Shown piece by piece: positions 30,937-41,135 of a stretch of DNA of 64,000 nt (the first letter of the stretch is position 1; every line of letters starts with the position of its first letter). A program made the translations under genes and the position numbers. A model generated the notes under the pieces. The model saw nothing but the letters and a program-made list of their open reading frames with translations. It did not search any database and was not told the origin of the DNA. Location: assembly GCA_903864835.1 (NCBI GenBank), contig CAIPHK010000010.1:2145-66144 (forward strand). Direction: 5' to 3'. The stretch comes from an uncultured bacterium. GTDB lineage: Bacteria; Margulisbacteria; Marinamargulisbacteria; SXXA01.

Positions 30937-32499
30937 ATGTTGCCATCACCCGCTTTGAGTATCGAACTAACCGCCATTATCCTCCCTCTGTTTTCAACAC
31001 CAGAATCCAAGTTGAAAGCGCGCCAATTTCTGGTCGAATTTATTCTCCAAATCCAAAATTTGCCCAAAGCGGATGCCCAGCGGGTCGTCGAAAAACTAAA
31101 AATAGTATTGCCAGACCATCTCGACAAACTATCCCAGATTGAAGCGCCAGAATTGATTAAAGTTCAATTTACAGGAATGCTTCTAAAATATTTTTTAGGA
31201 GACCGTGGGCTGATCGATCTGGATGAGGTCCAAGCACTAAAATCTGGAGATATTGTCCCCTACGCCACTCTAACCACCGACGATTTTGATGCGGGCGAGT
31301 CCGCAATTTCATCCGTTGGGTTTTTAAAACTAAATGGGGGATTGGGAACCACCATGGGATGTACGGGCCCCAAGTCCGCTATTTCCGTCGATGGAAACCG
31401 CAATTTTCTAGACTTTATTGTCGACCAAATCACAACGCTTCAAACCCAATACGACTGTCAAATCCCGCTCATTTTGTTAAACAGCTACTATACGGAGGCT
31501 GCCACAACCCACTTAATTGGCGATCGATTACCCGTTGTCAGTCTCAAACAGCACCAGGTCCCTCGGATTGATGTTCGAACCGGAGAACCCGTCCAGTTTA
31601 AAGACGACCTCAATGCCGAATGGAATCCACCCGGCCACGGAGATCTATATGCCGCACTCGTGTCATCAGGGACACTACAATCTCTCATCGACCAAGGTAT
31701 TCGGTATCTATTTGTCTCAAATTCAGACAACCTTGGCGCAAGCATTGACCTCAAAATTTTAGGCTATATGATTCGAAAAGAGCTCGATTTTCTAATGGAA
31801 ACGACCCCAAAAACCCCATCCGATCGAAAAGGGGGAACGCTCGTCCGCTACCACAATCGACTATTCATCCTCGAACGCGCCCAAGTGTCTGCTGACCAAA
31901 ATTCAGAATTTGAGAATATCAATCGATTCCAGATTTTTAATACCAACAATATTTGGCTCGATCTAACAAAAGTCAATTTGAGACTTCAAAAAATGGATAT
32001 GGACCTCCCACTCATTGTAAATCCAAAAACAGTACACGGGGTCCGGGTAGACCAGTTGGAATCCGCAATGGGATCTGCCATTAGTCTTTTTGACCGTAGC
32101 GCATCGGTAGTGGTCCCCCGCAATCGATTTATGCCGGTTAAGTCGGTGGCTGATCTCATGCTACTGCGATCCGATGTCACTGAGAAATCACCGTCGGGCG
32201 AAGTCCGCATTTCACGATATCGTACCCGTCGGGGATTGCCAGACATACAGCTCGGCGCGGCATATCAATCGGTAGCCGCGTTTGACCACCTCGTTCCCCA
32301 CCTCCCCTCGTTGCTTCAATGTCGATCGTTAGAGGTATCGGGGAACGTCCACTTTGGCCCTGATGTCTCTATTTCAGGCGAGGTATGGATAAGTACGACC
32401 CACCCTGACGGCCTTCATCTAAGCCATATTGCACTCAAAGATGAGGAAGTCATTCATACTCCGGACGGAACTGTCGTTCGTACTCCCCTTACCGGATGA
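30937..32499 (+). CDS. UTP--glucose-1-phosphate uridylyltransferase, eukaryote-type (UDPGP family, not GalU)
   Basis: LKLNGGLGTTMGCTGPKS, WNPPGHGD, SNSDNLGA, KGGTL, LERAQV, FNTNNIW, QLESAMG, RFMPVK, C-terminal beta-helix-like repeats; start uncertain. Confidence 0.87.
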   Translation: MLPSPALSIELTAIILPLFSTPESKLKARQFLVEFILQIQNLPKADAQRVVEKLKIVLPDHLDKLSQIEAPELIKVQFTGMLLKYFLGDRGLIDLDEVQALKSGDIVPYATLTTDDFDAGESAISSVGFLKLNGGLGTTMGCTGPKSAISVDGNRNFLDFIVDQITTLQTQYDCQIPLILLNSYYTEAATTHLIGDRLPVVSLKQHQVPRIDVRTGEPVQFKDDLNAEWNPPGHGDLYAALVSSGTLQSLIDQGIRYLFVSNSDNLGASIDLKILGYMIRKELDFLMETTPKTPSDRKGGTLVRYHNRLFILERAQVSADQNSEFENINRFQIFNTNNIWLDLTKVNLRLQKMDMDLPLIVNPKTVHGVRVDQLESAMGSAISLFDRSASVVVPRNRFMPVKSVADLMLLRSDVTEKSPSGEVRISRYRTRRGLPDIQLGAAYQSVAAFDHLVPHLPSLLQCRSLEVSGNVHFGPDVSISGEVWISTTHPDGLHLSHIALKDEEVIHTPDGTVVRTPLTG

Positions 32500-33539
32500 A
32501 TCAGGGTCCCGACTTCCTCATTTTAGGGCAAGGGTTGTTGGGATCACTTCTTGCATTGGATCTTTGTGCGCAGGGGGCGTCGGTCATCATCGCTGATTTC
32601 GCCCCTCGTCGCTGCAGTTCGTTGGTGTCCGCAGGGATGATGGATCCCATATCTGGACAACGATTTGCGTTGTCGTGGCGATATGAGGAAACCACGACTT
32701 ACGCCCTCTCCGTCTATGAGAAACTATCCTCATTAATTGGGCAGCCCCTCATTACCCCACGCACTATCTACCGCATCTTTAGGGATACCAACGACAGCGA
32801 CACGTTCCACAAAAAATATACATCAGGAACGCTCACGCCCTATATTGCGGACATCTTTACTCATTCTCCGCATCCGGATGTTGCCGCACCGTTTGGGGGC
32901 GTTACAATTCAGGGCGGTTATCACATCGAGGTGGGCCAATTAATTCACTCATTACGGCAATATTTTATTGAATCAAATCAGTTACTCATCAACCCTGATC
33001 CCGCTTTTCTTGAAAATCTGAACGTCAAAGCAACGATTCACTGCACTGGGGCATACGCACATCTTTCCCATTATTTCTCATGGCTTCCATTTCGAAATTC
33101 TCGAGGAGAAACCATTATTTTCGACGCCCCCGACTTTTATACTGATGCCATTTTAAATAATGGGAACTGGATTGCGCCGATGAAAACGGGTCGCTATAGA
33201 GCCGGTGCCACCTATGCATGGGAATCTCTATTTCACCCCCCTACCGAGGCCGGTTATATAGCAATTTCAGCCCATATTAAGACGTTAATTCCCAAGATTA
33301 ACACCCAAATTATGAGTACAGAATCTGGCACTCGCAGTATCATGGCAGACTCTCGACCCGTTATCGGTCAACACCCTATCCATTCGACGCATTGGGTGGC
33401 CTCAGGGCTTGGATCAAAGGGAACGCAAATTGCCCCATTTATATCGTCACACCTGTCAAAATCACTCATCAAAAACACCCCGATTGACGATGAAATTTCA
33501 ATCAATCGATTTTTGAAAAAATATCTTACACACCCTTAA
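32496..33539 (+). CDS. FAD-dependent oxidoreductase, DAO/glycine oxidase family
   Basis: ILGQGLLGS dinucleotide motif, SAGMMDP, CTG, RGE, GATY, DSRPVIG, GLGSKG..AP. Confidence 0.78.
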   Translation: MNQGPDFLILGQGLLGSLLALDLCAQGASVIIADFAPRRCSSLVSAGMMDPISGQRFALSWRYEETTTYALSVYEKLSSLIGQPLITPRTIYRIFRDTNDSDTFHKKYTSGTLTPYIADIFTHSPHPDVAAPFGGVTIQGGYHIEVGQLIHSLRQYFIESNQLLINPDPAFLENLNVKATIHCTGAYAHLSHYFSWLPFRNSRGETIIFDAPDFYTDAILNNGNWIAPMKTGRYRAGATYAWESLFHPPTEAGYIAISAHIKTLIPKINTQIMSTESGTRSIMADSRPVIGQHPIHSTHWVASGLGSKGTQIAPFISSHLSKSLIKNTPIDDEISINRFLKKYLTHP

Positions 33540-33567
33540 TTTGATACTAAGTATCAGAATCAAAGTA

Positions 33568-33596
33568 TTGATTTGGCGGCGGTTTTTTAATAGAAT
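33568..33596 (+). promoter_or_regulatory. Putative sigma70 promoter of nrdAB
   Basis: TTGATT-17 nt-TAGAAT, about 185 nt upstream of the nrdA ATG. Confidence 0.65.
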
Positions 33597-33781
33597 AGAA
33601 ATCCGAGGTTCCAAATCCGTTCACACGCGTTTCCCTCGGTCATCTCCACTAAAAAATCCAAAGAATTTTGACTAAAGCGCAGGTCGATAAAGGGCATCAT
33701 CGATCCGCTATTCCTGTCTCTGTTTCTAAAGAAATTTATTGGACCATTTATCTTACACCATTCATCTTAGGGAGCGTCTTT

Positions 33782-36553
33782 ATGACACGGGAAATCGGAA
33801 TTAGCTTTATTATTAAGCGCAATGGGGAAAAGGTCGCATTTGACAAAAAACGAATTGAGATCGCAATTCACAAGGCGTTTTTATCGGAAAATGTATCCAA
33901 TCCAGAGGTTGCCAAGGCTTTATCCGAAGAGGTGACCGCCAAAGTAAACGAGAACATCGGGGACGCACACACGGCTCAAGTTGAATTTGTTCAGGATCTC
34001 GTTGAAGAAATCTTGATGCTGCGTGGCCACCATAAAGTCGCCAAGCGTTATATCCTGTACAGAGAACTTCATAAACAAGAACGTTTCCAACAGATCCAAA
34101 CTCGGATTCGAGAGAAAAAACTCGAAGTCGTTATTAACGGCGCTGAAACCGTTATTTTTAATCCGGTTACTGTTGAAGAAAATTTGCGCCAATTGGCACC
34201 GGATCTAATGCGGGTATCAATCACAGAGATGGTCGATGCAGTTACGAAGCAAGTTTACGACCGTATTCCAATCCGTGAAATCGAGCTCTTAGTCCTTGGC
34301 GCTGCACGGGAACGGATTGAACGCCATTACGAATATGCATATCTCGCAGCGCGAATCGCGATCAATGACCTGTACAAAAAAGTACTTGGCGAACCAATGA
34401 ATACCGTCAAATTAGACACTGCCTATCGCAGCAAATTTGCAAACTATATTCACAAAGCCATCGATCTTGAATTAATGAGCCCTGAACTTGGCACATTTGA
34501 TTTGGATCGGATCGCCGCCGCGTTACACCCACAACGGGACAAACTATTTATGTTCCAAGGGATTCAAATTCTAATCGACCGCTACCTCATCCAAGATCGG
34601 TCCTATGACACCACACCATTTGAACTGCCTCAGTGGTTTTGGATGCGGGTTGCCATGGGATTGGCCATTAAAGAAGTCAATCGAGAAGAACGGGCCATCG
34701 AATTTTATTCAGTTCTATCTAGCCTGGATTTAGTATCGTCTACCCCTACCCTGTTTAATAGCGGCACACTTCATAGTCAAATGAGTTCTTGTTACCTCAA
34801 CACCGCAGATGATTCTCTTTCTGGAATTTTCAAAATATATTCTGACAACGCTTTTTTGAGTAAATGGGCCGGCGGAATTGGAACCGATTGGACTCGGGTT
34901 CGTGGAACAGGCTCTAAAATAAAAGGAACCAATGGCTCCTCTCAGGGTGTTATTCCATTCATTAAAATATTTAACGACGTTGCCCTTGCGGTTAACCAAG
35001 GCGGCAAGCGAAAAGGGGCCATGTGTGCATATTTAGAAGTGTGGCATGCCGATTTTGAACAATTTTTGGAACTCAAGAAAAATACCGGTGATGAGCGACG
35101 ACGGGCACACGACGTCAATACTGCCGCATGGATACCTGATTTATTTATGAAGCGGGTGTTAGAAAACGGAGACTGGACATTGTTCTGTCCATCAGACGTT
35201 CCCGATCTTCACGATCTGTATGGCAGTGCATTTGAAGCGCGCTATGCCCACTACGAAACATCGGGTATTCCAAGAGCCAAAACGATGAAAGCCTTGGACT
35301 TGTGGAAAAAAATGTTGACCATGCTGTATGAAACGGGACATCCATGGATTACGTTTAAAGATGCGGCTAATGTTCGAAATCCTCAAGATCACGTCGGCGT
35401 TATTCATTCGTCCAACCTGTGTACTGAAATTACACTCAACACCTCTAATGCAGAGACCGCAGTATGTAATCTCGCCAGTATTAATTTGGCCAACATGATC
35501 AAAGATGGTCGCCTAGACGAAGCTAAGATATCGAAAACCATCCGGATCGGGATTCGGATGCTAGACAATGTCATCGACAATAATTTCTACCCGACACCCG
35601 AAGCTGCCAAAGCAAATTTTCTTCATCGTGCCGTTGGTCTAGGGCTCATGGGCTATCAAGATGCGTTATATCAGATGGATATTGCATTTGATTCTGAAGA
35701 AAATCTTGAATTCGCCGACCACTCCATGGAAATGATTTCTTATTATGCGATTCGCTCCAGTTCAGAATTGGCCGCCGAGCGAGGTGCGTATGAATCATAT
35801 CCCGGCAGCAAGTGGTCTCGCGGAATTTTCCCTTACGACACCATTGGCCTTCTTGAAAAAGAACGGGGCCGACCCATCGATATCTCCCATGTTCAACGAA
35901 TGGATTGGGATGCACTAAGACAGTTTGTGCAAACGAATGGGATGCGAAATTCCAATACGATGGCCATTGCACCCACCGCAACCATCGCCAATATTTCGGG
36001 TGTGTATCCGTGTACTGAGCCCGCATTTAAGAACATCTATATGAAAGAAAACTTGTCGGGAAACTTCGTTGTTATTAACCGATATTTGATCGACGACCTC
36101 GAAAAAATGGGCTTATGGGATTCCGACATACTCGGCAAAATCAAGCTCAATAATGGATCTATTCGTGATATCACTGAACTCCCCCGACGCTTGAAAGAAA
36201 AATATAAAGAAACGTTTGAAATTAATTCCCACTGGATCGTCGATGCTGCTGCCCGACGAGGAAAATGGATTGATCAATCGGCGTCCACCAATATCTTCAT
36301 GTCAACTACCAGTGGCAAAGCCTTGAGCGACATCTATACCCAAGCGTGGGAAAAAGGTCTCAAAACCACCTATTATCTCCGCACCCTTGGGGCATCTCAA
36401 GTATCAAAAGCCACGGTCACCGTGGAAACGGATGCGCTTCCCCAACGCACGATTATGCCCGATGTTGACATTATAATTACGGCCTCGATACCCGAATATC
36501 AAACACAATTACCAACGACCTTTGATTCTGACGAATGTGAAGCCTGCCAGTAA
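33782..36553 (+). CDS. nrdA: Class Ia ribonucleotide reductase alpha subunit with N-terminal ATP-cone(s)
   Basis: IIKRNG ATP cone, TPTLFNSG, SSCY, SSNLCTEI, VCNLAS, AIAPTATI, KTTYY, C-terminal CEAC; start moved to ATG 33782 (AGGGAG SD). Confidence 0.97.
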   Translation: MTREIGISFIIKRNGEKVAFDKKRIEIAIHKAFLSENVSNPEVAKALSEEVTAKVNENIGDAHTAQVEFVQDLVEEILMLRGHHKVAKRYILYRELHKQERFQQIQTRIREKKLEVVINGAETVIFNPVTVEENLRQLAPDLMRVSITEMVDAVTKQVYDRIPIREIELLVLGAARERIERHYEYAYLAARIAINDLYKKVLGEPMNTVKLDTAYRSKFANYIHKAIDLELMSPELGTFDLDRIAAALHPQRDKLFMFQGIQILIDRYLIQDRSYDTTPFELPQWFWMRVAMGLAIKEVNREERAIEFYSVLSSLDLVSSTPTLFNSGTLHSQMSSCYLNTADDSLSGIFKIYSDNAFLSKWAGGIGTDWTRVRGTGSKIKGTNGSSQGVIPFIKIFNDVALAVNQGGKRKGAMCAYLEVWHADFEQFLELKKNTGDERRRAHDVNTAAWIPDLFMKRVLENGDWTLFCPSDVPDLHDLYGSAFEARYAHYETSGIPRAKTMKALDLWKKMLTMLYETGHPWITFKDAANVRNPQDHVGVIHSSNLCTEITLNTSNAETAVCNLASINLANMIKDGRLDEAKISKTIRIGIRMLDNVIDNNFYPTPEAAKANFLHRAVGLGLMGYQDALYQMDIAFDSEENLEFADHSMEMISYYAIRSSSELAAERGAYESYPGSKWSRGIFPYDTIGLLEKERGRPIDISHVQRMDWDALRQFVQTNGMRNSNTMAIAPTATIANISGVYPCTEPAFKNIYMKENLSGNFVVINRYLIDDLEKMGLWDSDILGKIKLNNGSIRDITELPRRLKEKYKETFEINSHWIVDAAARRGKWIDQSASTNIFMSTTSGKALSDIYTQAWEKGLKTTYYLRTLGASQVSKATVTVETDALPQRTIMPDVDIIITASIPEYQTQLPTTFDSDECEACQ

Positions 36554-36572
36554 CCACTTTTAGGAGTAAATA

Positions 36573-37634
36573 ATGTCCCTAACCGATCTATTTCAAGCCG
36601 ATTTTAAATACAACAAACTATCCAATGCCGAAATTATCAATAAGCGTCGGGTCATTAACGGCTACGACGATGGATTGATGCAAGTATCTCCTCTGAAGCA
36701 CCCTTGGGCATACGAAATTTTTGAAACCATGATAAAAAATACATGGGTACCCCAAGAAATTCCAATGCAAATGGATGTCAATCAGTGGAATGCGGATAAC
36801 GTAATCACCGACAAAGAGCGGCGCGTATACGAACGGAGTCTTGCGTTTGTTTCGAATCTTGATGGCCTACAAACCAATAACCTTGCATGTAATATTATCC
36901 GGCATATTACCAGCCCTGAAATTATTCTTGCCGTCACTCGCCAAACATATGAAGAAGCGCTCCACGTCGTAAGCTATGCGACACTAGTAGAAGCTTTAGC
37001 TCTGGACCCGGAACAAATATATGGCATGTACCGTACCGATAAAGACCTCTATGACAAGAATCAAATCGTCTTAAAGGCCGTCAGTAAAATCGCGGATCCC
37101 GGATTCAAAACCGGAACATTTGACTCCGATCAAATGTTTTTAGAAGCCTGTATTGGAAATATCATTATTGAAGGCATCTACTTTTATAGTGCGTTCCTTA
37201 TTTTTTATGTGTTACGACGAAACAATAAAATGCCCGGCAGTGCCGAAATGATTCAGTTCATCAATCGGGATGAAGATATGCATTTGAAGTTATTTATTCA
37301 TATTTCAAATACTATTAAAGAAGAACAACCTGAGTTGTGGACCCCAGAATTTCAGAAACGCATTACCGACAACATTAAGGATGCAGTTGAGATGGAATAC
37401 CAATGGGGTGCATCCTGTGTTCAGGAAGGCATATTAGGCCTTACCCCAGAGAACCTAAGAGAATACCTTCAATTCGTAGGCGACGTCCGATTGATGTGCC
37501 TAGGGTTACCTAAAGTATGGAACAGCCAAAATCCATTTCCGTGGATTGATGAATTGACCCAAGGCAGCATGATCGAAGTGAACTTCTTCGAAGGTCGGGT
37601 CAAAGAATACCAAAGCGGCACGCTTGAGTGGTAA
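36573..37634 (+). CDS. nrdB: Class Ia ribonucleotide reductase beta subunit
   Basis: Asp first ligand (SNLDG), EEALHVVSY with radical Tyr, EGIYFYSAF, RDEDMH, NFFE..V.EY. Confidence 0.96.
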   Translation: MSLTDLFQADFKYNKLSNAEIINKRRVINGYDDGLMQVSPLKHPWAYEIFETMIKNTWVPQEIPMQMDVNQWNADNVITDKERRVYERSLAFVSNLDGLQTNNLACNIIRHITSPEIILAVTRQTYEEALHVVSYATLVEALALDPEQIYGMYRTDKDLYDKNQIVLKAVSKIADPGFKTGTFDSDQMFLEACIGNIIIEGIYFYSAFLIFYVLRRNNKMPGSAEMIQFINRDEDMHLKLFIHISNTIKEEQPELWTPEFQKRITDNIKDAVEMEYQWGASCVQEGILGLTPENLREYLQFVGDVRLMCLGLPKVWNSQNPFPWIDELTQGSMIEVNFFEGRVKEYQSGTLEW

Positions 37635-37658
37635 CCTCCAAACATTAAGGAAATCCCT

Positions 37659-39071
37659 ATGACATCATCCCCTATTACAACCGAATCCGTACGTATCGAA
37701 TCCGATACCATGGGAAAAATCGAAGTTCAAAATAATCGGTATTGGGGAGCGCAAACCCAGCGTTCCCTCCATCATTTTGGGATCGGAGAGGACCGAATGC
37801 CCCACGAATTGATTCGTGCGTTTGGCATTTTAAAACAATCCGCTGCATTGACCAATTTTGAACTAGGCAAACTATCTTCCGAAAAAAAAGACCTCATTGT
37901 TAAGGCCTCCGATGAAGTGATTTTGGGCGCCCTTGACGCCCATTTCCCCTTAAAGATTTGGCAAACTGGGTCGGGAACCCAGACCAATATGAATGTGAAT
38001 GAAGTGATATCAAATCGAGCAATCGAAATGGCTGGCGGTGTGTTGGGAAGCAAATCCCCCGTCCACCCTAACGACGACGTGAATATGTCACAATCATCTA
38101 ACGATACATTTCCAACCGCAATGCATATTGCCGCCGCTGAAGTATTGGTTCATAAACTGATCCCAATGGCTCAGCAATTTAGAGATGGTCTTCAAGCTAA
38201 AGTGGATGCCTTTCATTCGATTATAAAGATTGGCCGCACTCATTTAATGGACGCAGTTCCTTTAACTTTGGGTCAGGAATTTTCAGCATATGTGGCCCAA
38301 ATGGACCAAAACATTCGCCGTCTCAACCAAATACTCCCGGACATTCTAGAGTTAGCCATTGGCGGCACCGCCGTCGGTACTGGGTTAAATACGCATCCAG
38401 AATTTGCGGATCGCGTCAGCAAAAAAATTGCACAAGCGACGGGTATTGCATTTATATCCGCGCCCAATAAATTCGCGGGACTATCCAGTAATGATCCGTT
38501 GGTCTTTGGCAGTGGTGCCCTTCGTACAATGGCCTCCACGTTGATGAAATTAGCAAATGATATTCGATGGATGGGATCCGGGCCACGCTGTGGTCTCAAT
38601 GAATTAATATTGCCAGAAAATGAGCCAGGCTCTTCGATTATGCCCGGAAAAGTTAACCCCACCCAAAGCGAAGCCATGACGATGGTCTGCGTTCAAGTTA
38701 TTGGAAATGATACCGCTATTTCAGTTGCCGGAAGCCAAGGTAATTTTGAACTCAACGTTTTTAAACCCGTTATTATTCATAATTTTATTCACTCGTGCCG
38801 GTTGCTCACGGATGCGATGTCCCACTTCTTGGATCACTGTTTGTCGGGGTTGGTGGCCAATGAAACTCAAATCAACCGCTATGTGGAAAAATCGTTGATG
38901 CTTGTCACGGCATTGAACCCTCATATTGGCTATGACAAAGCGGCCCAGGTTGCAAAAAAAGCCCACAAAGAGAACCTATCCCTTAAGGAGGCATGTGTTG
39001 CACTTGGATTCCTGACCTCCGCGGAATTCGATCAATTTGTGCGACCCGAAGACATGCTTTCCCCCCGGTAA
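37659..39071 (+). CDS. fumC: Class II fumarate hydratase
   Basis: [51 protein letters not shown]. Confidence 0.98.
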   Translation: MTSSPITTESVRIESDTMGKIEVQNNRYWGAQTQRSLHHFGIGEDRMPHELIRAFGILKQSAALTNFELGKLSSEKKDLIVKASDEVILGALDAHFPLKIWQTGSGTQTNMNVNEVISNRAIEMAGGVLGSKSPVHPNDDVNMSQSSNDTFPTAMHIAAAEVLVHKLIPMAQQFRDGLQAKVDAFHSIIKIGRTHLMDAVPLTLGQEFSAYVAQMDQNIRRLNQILPDILELAIGGTAVGTGLNTHPEFADRVSKKIAQATGIAFISAPNKFAGLSSNDPLVFGSGALRTMASTLMKLANDIRWMGSGPRCGLNELILPENEPGSSIMPGKVNPTQSEAMTMVCVQVIGNDTAISVAGSQGNFELNVFKPVIIHNFIHSCRLLTDAMSHFLDHCLSGLVANETQINRYVEKSLMLVTALNPHIGYDKAAQVAKKAHKENLSLKEACVALGFLTSAEFDQFVRPEDMLSPR

Positions 39072-39084
39072 AATAAGCAATAGG

Positions 39085-39116
39085 AACGGCTGAATCCCGC
39101 TACAGATTCAGCCGTT
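39085..39116. terminator. 12-bp inverted repeat at the convergent fumC/dprE2-like junction
   Basis: AACGGCTGAATC (39085-39096) / GATTCAGCCGTT (39105-39116). Confidence 0.55.
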
Positions 39117-39822
39117 TAAAGAGGGTTTCTGGAATAATCCGAATAATGACCATGATCAGTCGCCAGATTGGCAGCACATAGAGCACATCTTGACGGCGAT
39201 GGCTCGCCCTCACAATAGCGGTAGCCACCTCGTCTGGCCTGGCTGTTAGGCGCTGTGGGAGCACCAATCCGGCCGTCATCCGAGTCGCAACGAATCCCGG
39301 TTTAACCGTCATGACATGGACATTCGATTTAAAAAGTCGATTCCGGAGACCCGATAGATAGGCAGAAAACGCAGCCTTCGAGGCGCCATAGAGATAATTA
39401 CTCTGTCGTCCACGGTCACCCGCGACTGAACTAATCCCAATAATTTGGCCGGATCGCTCCACCTCAAACACATTGGCCACATGATTCAAGATCGATACAG
39501 CACCTAAAAAATTGGTTCCCACAATTTTTTGAACTTCATCAAAATTTGACTGTCCCCCTGTTTGATCTCCCAAGACCCCGAATACAGAAATAACGATCGT
39601 CGGCTTCGGAACTATCGCGTCAAAAAATGAAGCGTGCGATTGAAAGTCCAAGGCGTCAAATTCCCATAGTGTCGATGAGCGAAGACGTCCCCGGTAATAA
39701 TTATCCAAATCTCCAACAGATCGACCGGCCAAATGCACATGAGCCCCCTCTTTATCAAACGCGGTTGCAATCGCTTTTCCAATATCTGAGTTTGCGCCTA
39801 AGATCAATACGGTGTGTGTCAT
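39100..39822 (-). CDS. SDR oxidoreductase, DprE2-like (polyprenylphosphoryl-2-keto-pentose reductase)
   Basis: LGANSDIG, SSVAGDRGRQSNYLYGASKA (YxxxK), VKPGFV.T.MT; adjacent to a DprE1-like gene. Confidence 0.82.
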   Translation of the reverse strand: MTHTVLILGANSDIGKAIATAFDKEGAHVHLAGRSVGDLDNYYRGRLRSSTLWEFDALDFQSHASFFDAIVPKPTIVISVFGVLGDQTGGQSNFDEVQKIVGTNFLGAVSILNHVANVFEVERSGQIIGISSVAGDRGRQSNYLYGASKAAFSAYLSGLRNRLFKSNVHVMTVKPGFVATRMTAGLVLPQRLTARPDEVATAIVRASHRRQDVLYVLPIWRLIMVIIRIIPETLFKRLNL

Positions 39823-41135
39823 TGTAGCCCTAACCTTTTCGATTGGAGTGATTCAAATTGTCTATTTGGATCAAATTTTTGTTTAATATCAATAAATTGA
39901 GGCAACTTGGGGTAGCCCTTTCTCATCATTTCAGCCGGCATTCTAGCGTCTTTAGATAAGTACAATCGGCCGCCATACCGCAACACAATCTGATCCAGTC
40001 GATTCATCAGTTCAAAATTTTTAGATTTAATCGGTATATCCAATGCCAAAGTATATCCTTCCATTGGAAATGAAATTAAAAAGTCCTCTGGCCCTAATAA
40101 CTTTAACACTGCCAAAAATGAACCTTCCCCAGATTGGGATAATTCCTTCAAAATAGCGTTCATTCCCTCTCGGCCACAATTTTTTGGAATCACACATTGA
40201 TATTGGGTAAACCCACGTCGACCATACATCCGATTCCAATGAAGAATCTTATCTAACGGATAAAAAAATGGGCCATAATGAACCAGCGATTCCCGTTTAG
40301 CCGGATGACCATAATAGTATACCCAATTAAATAGTTTGACCGACCAGGTCGACAGCGCAAATTTCGGAAAATAAAAAGGAATGGATCGCTTTGGTTTAAC
40401 GTCGACAACTAAGGGCTCCTGCCGTTCACGATCAGATAACTCGTCCAAACGAGCATGCTCCCCAAGAAACAACACGGACCGCCCCAGATTCGCCCCGGTC
40501 GCTAAACAATCAATCCACGCAACGGAATAGGTTACCGCACTCATCTGTTCAAAGGCGTCGATTGCCGCATCAATATTAGGAAGCTTCAATTGAGTTTGAC
40601 GTATGTACGACGTCTCGATCTTAAGTAGTTGAAACGACGCCTCCAGAATACACCCCGTTAACCCCATGCCTCCACACGTCGCATTAAAAAGATCGCTGTT
40701 ATCGGTGGATGAACAGGTGACTATTTTTCCGTCCGCCAACATTAGCTTAAACCAAAAAAGATGCTGACAGAACCCGCCCAAATTATGGTGATTTTTACCA
40801 TGAATATCCGACGCCACGGCCCCACCCACAGACACATATTTTGTTCCTGGCGTTACCGGCAAAAACCATCCCTTTGGAACCACGACAGACAAAATTTTCT
40901 CCAGAGTTACTCCAGCTTCACAAGTCACTCTGCCAGTCCGATCGTCAAATTCTACGATTTCTGAATACTGCAACGCCGACCAGATAAGGTCATTTAAACT
41001 ACTATCTCCGTAACATCGCCCCATCCCACGGGCAATCAGCGTCGATTTTTCTTTCAATTGATCTATTAGTTCCTCTTTTGAGGATACCGTTTGGGCATCA
41101 ATCCATGGAAATAGACCCCAGTTTGAAATTTTCAA
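39819..41135 (-). CDS. FAD-linked oxidoreductase, DprE1-like (polyprenylphosphoryl-ribose 2'-oxidase)
   Basis: ARGMGRCYGD, PVTPGT, DIHGKNHH, YSVAWID, FFYPLD, WNRMYG, QYQ, SFLAVLK, RLYLSKD. Confidence 0.87.
   Translation of the reverse strand: MKISNWGLFPWIDAQTVSSKEELIDQLKEKSTLIARGMGRCYGDSSLNDLIWSALQYSEIVEFDDRTGRVTCEAGVTLEKILSVVVPKGWFLPVTPGTKYVSVGGAVASDIHGKNHHNLGGFCQHLFWFKLMLADGKIVTCSSTDNSDLFNATCGGMGLTGCILEASFQLLKIETSYIRQTQLKLPNIDAAIDAFEQMSAVTYSVAWIDCLATGANLGRSVLFLGEHARLDELSDRERQEPLVVDVKPKRSIPFYFPKFALSTWSVKLFNWVYYYGHPAKRESLVHYGPFFYPLDKILHWNRMYGRRGFTQYQCVIPKNCGREGMNAILKELSQSGEGSFLAVLKLLGPEDFLISFPMEGYTLALDIPIKSKNFELMNRLDQIVLRYGGRLYLSKDARMPAEMMRKGYPKLPQFIDIKQKFDPNRQFESLQSKRLGLQ

Noticed and set aside
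33600-33781. Cobalamin riboswitch or canonical NrdR boxes upstream of nrdA
   Set aside because: No B12-box or GCCACUG/GGGAAG elements, and no good NrdR consensus; kept only as an unassigned leader.
36573-37634. Class Ic (Mn/Fe, Tyr-less) NrdB
   Set aside because: The radical Tyr (HVVSY) and the Asp first ligand are both present.
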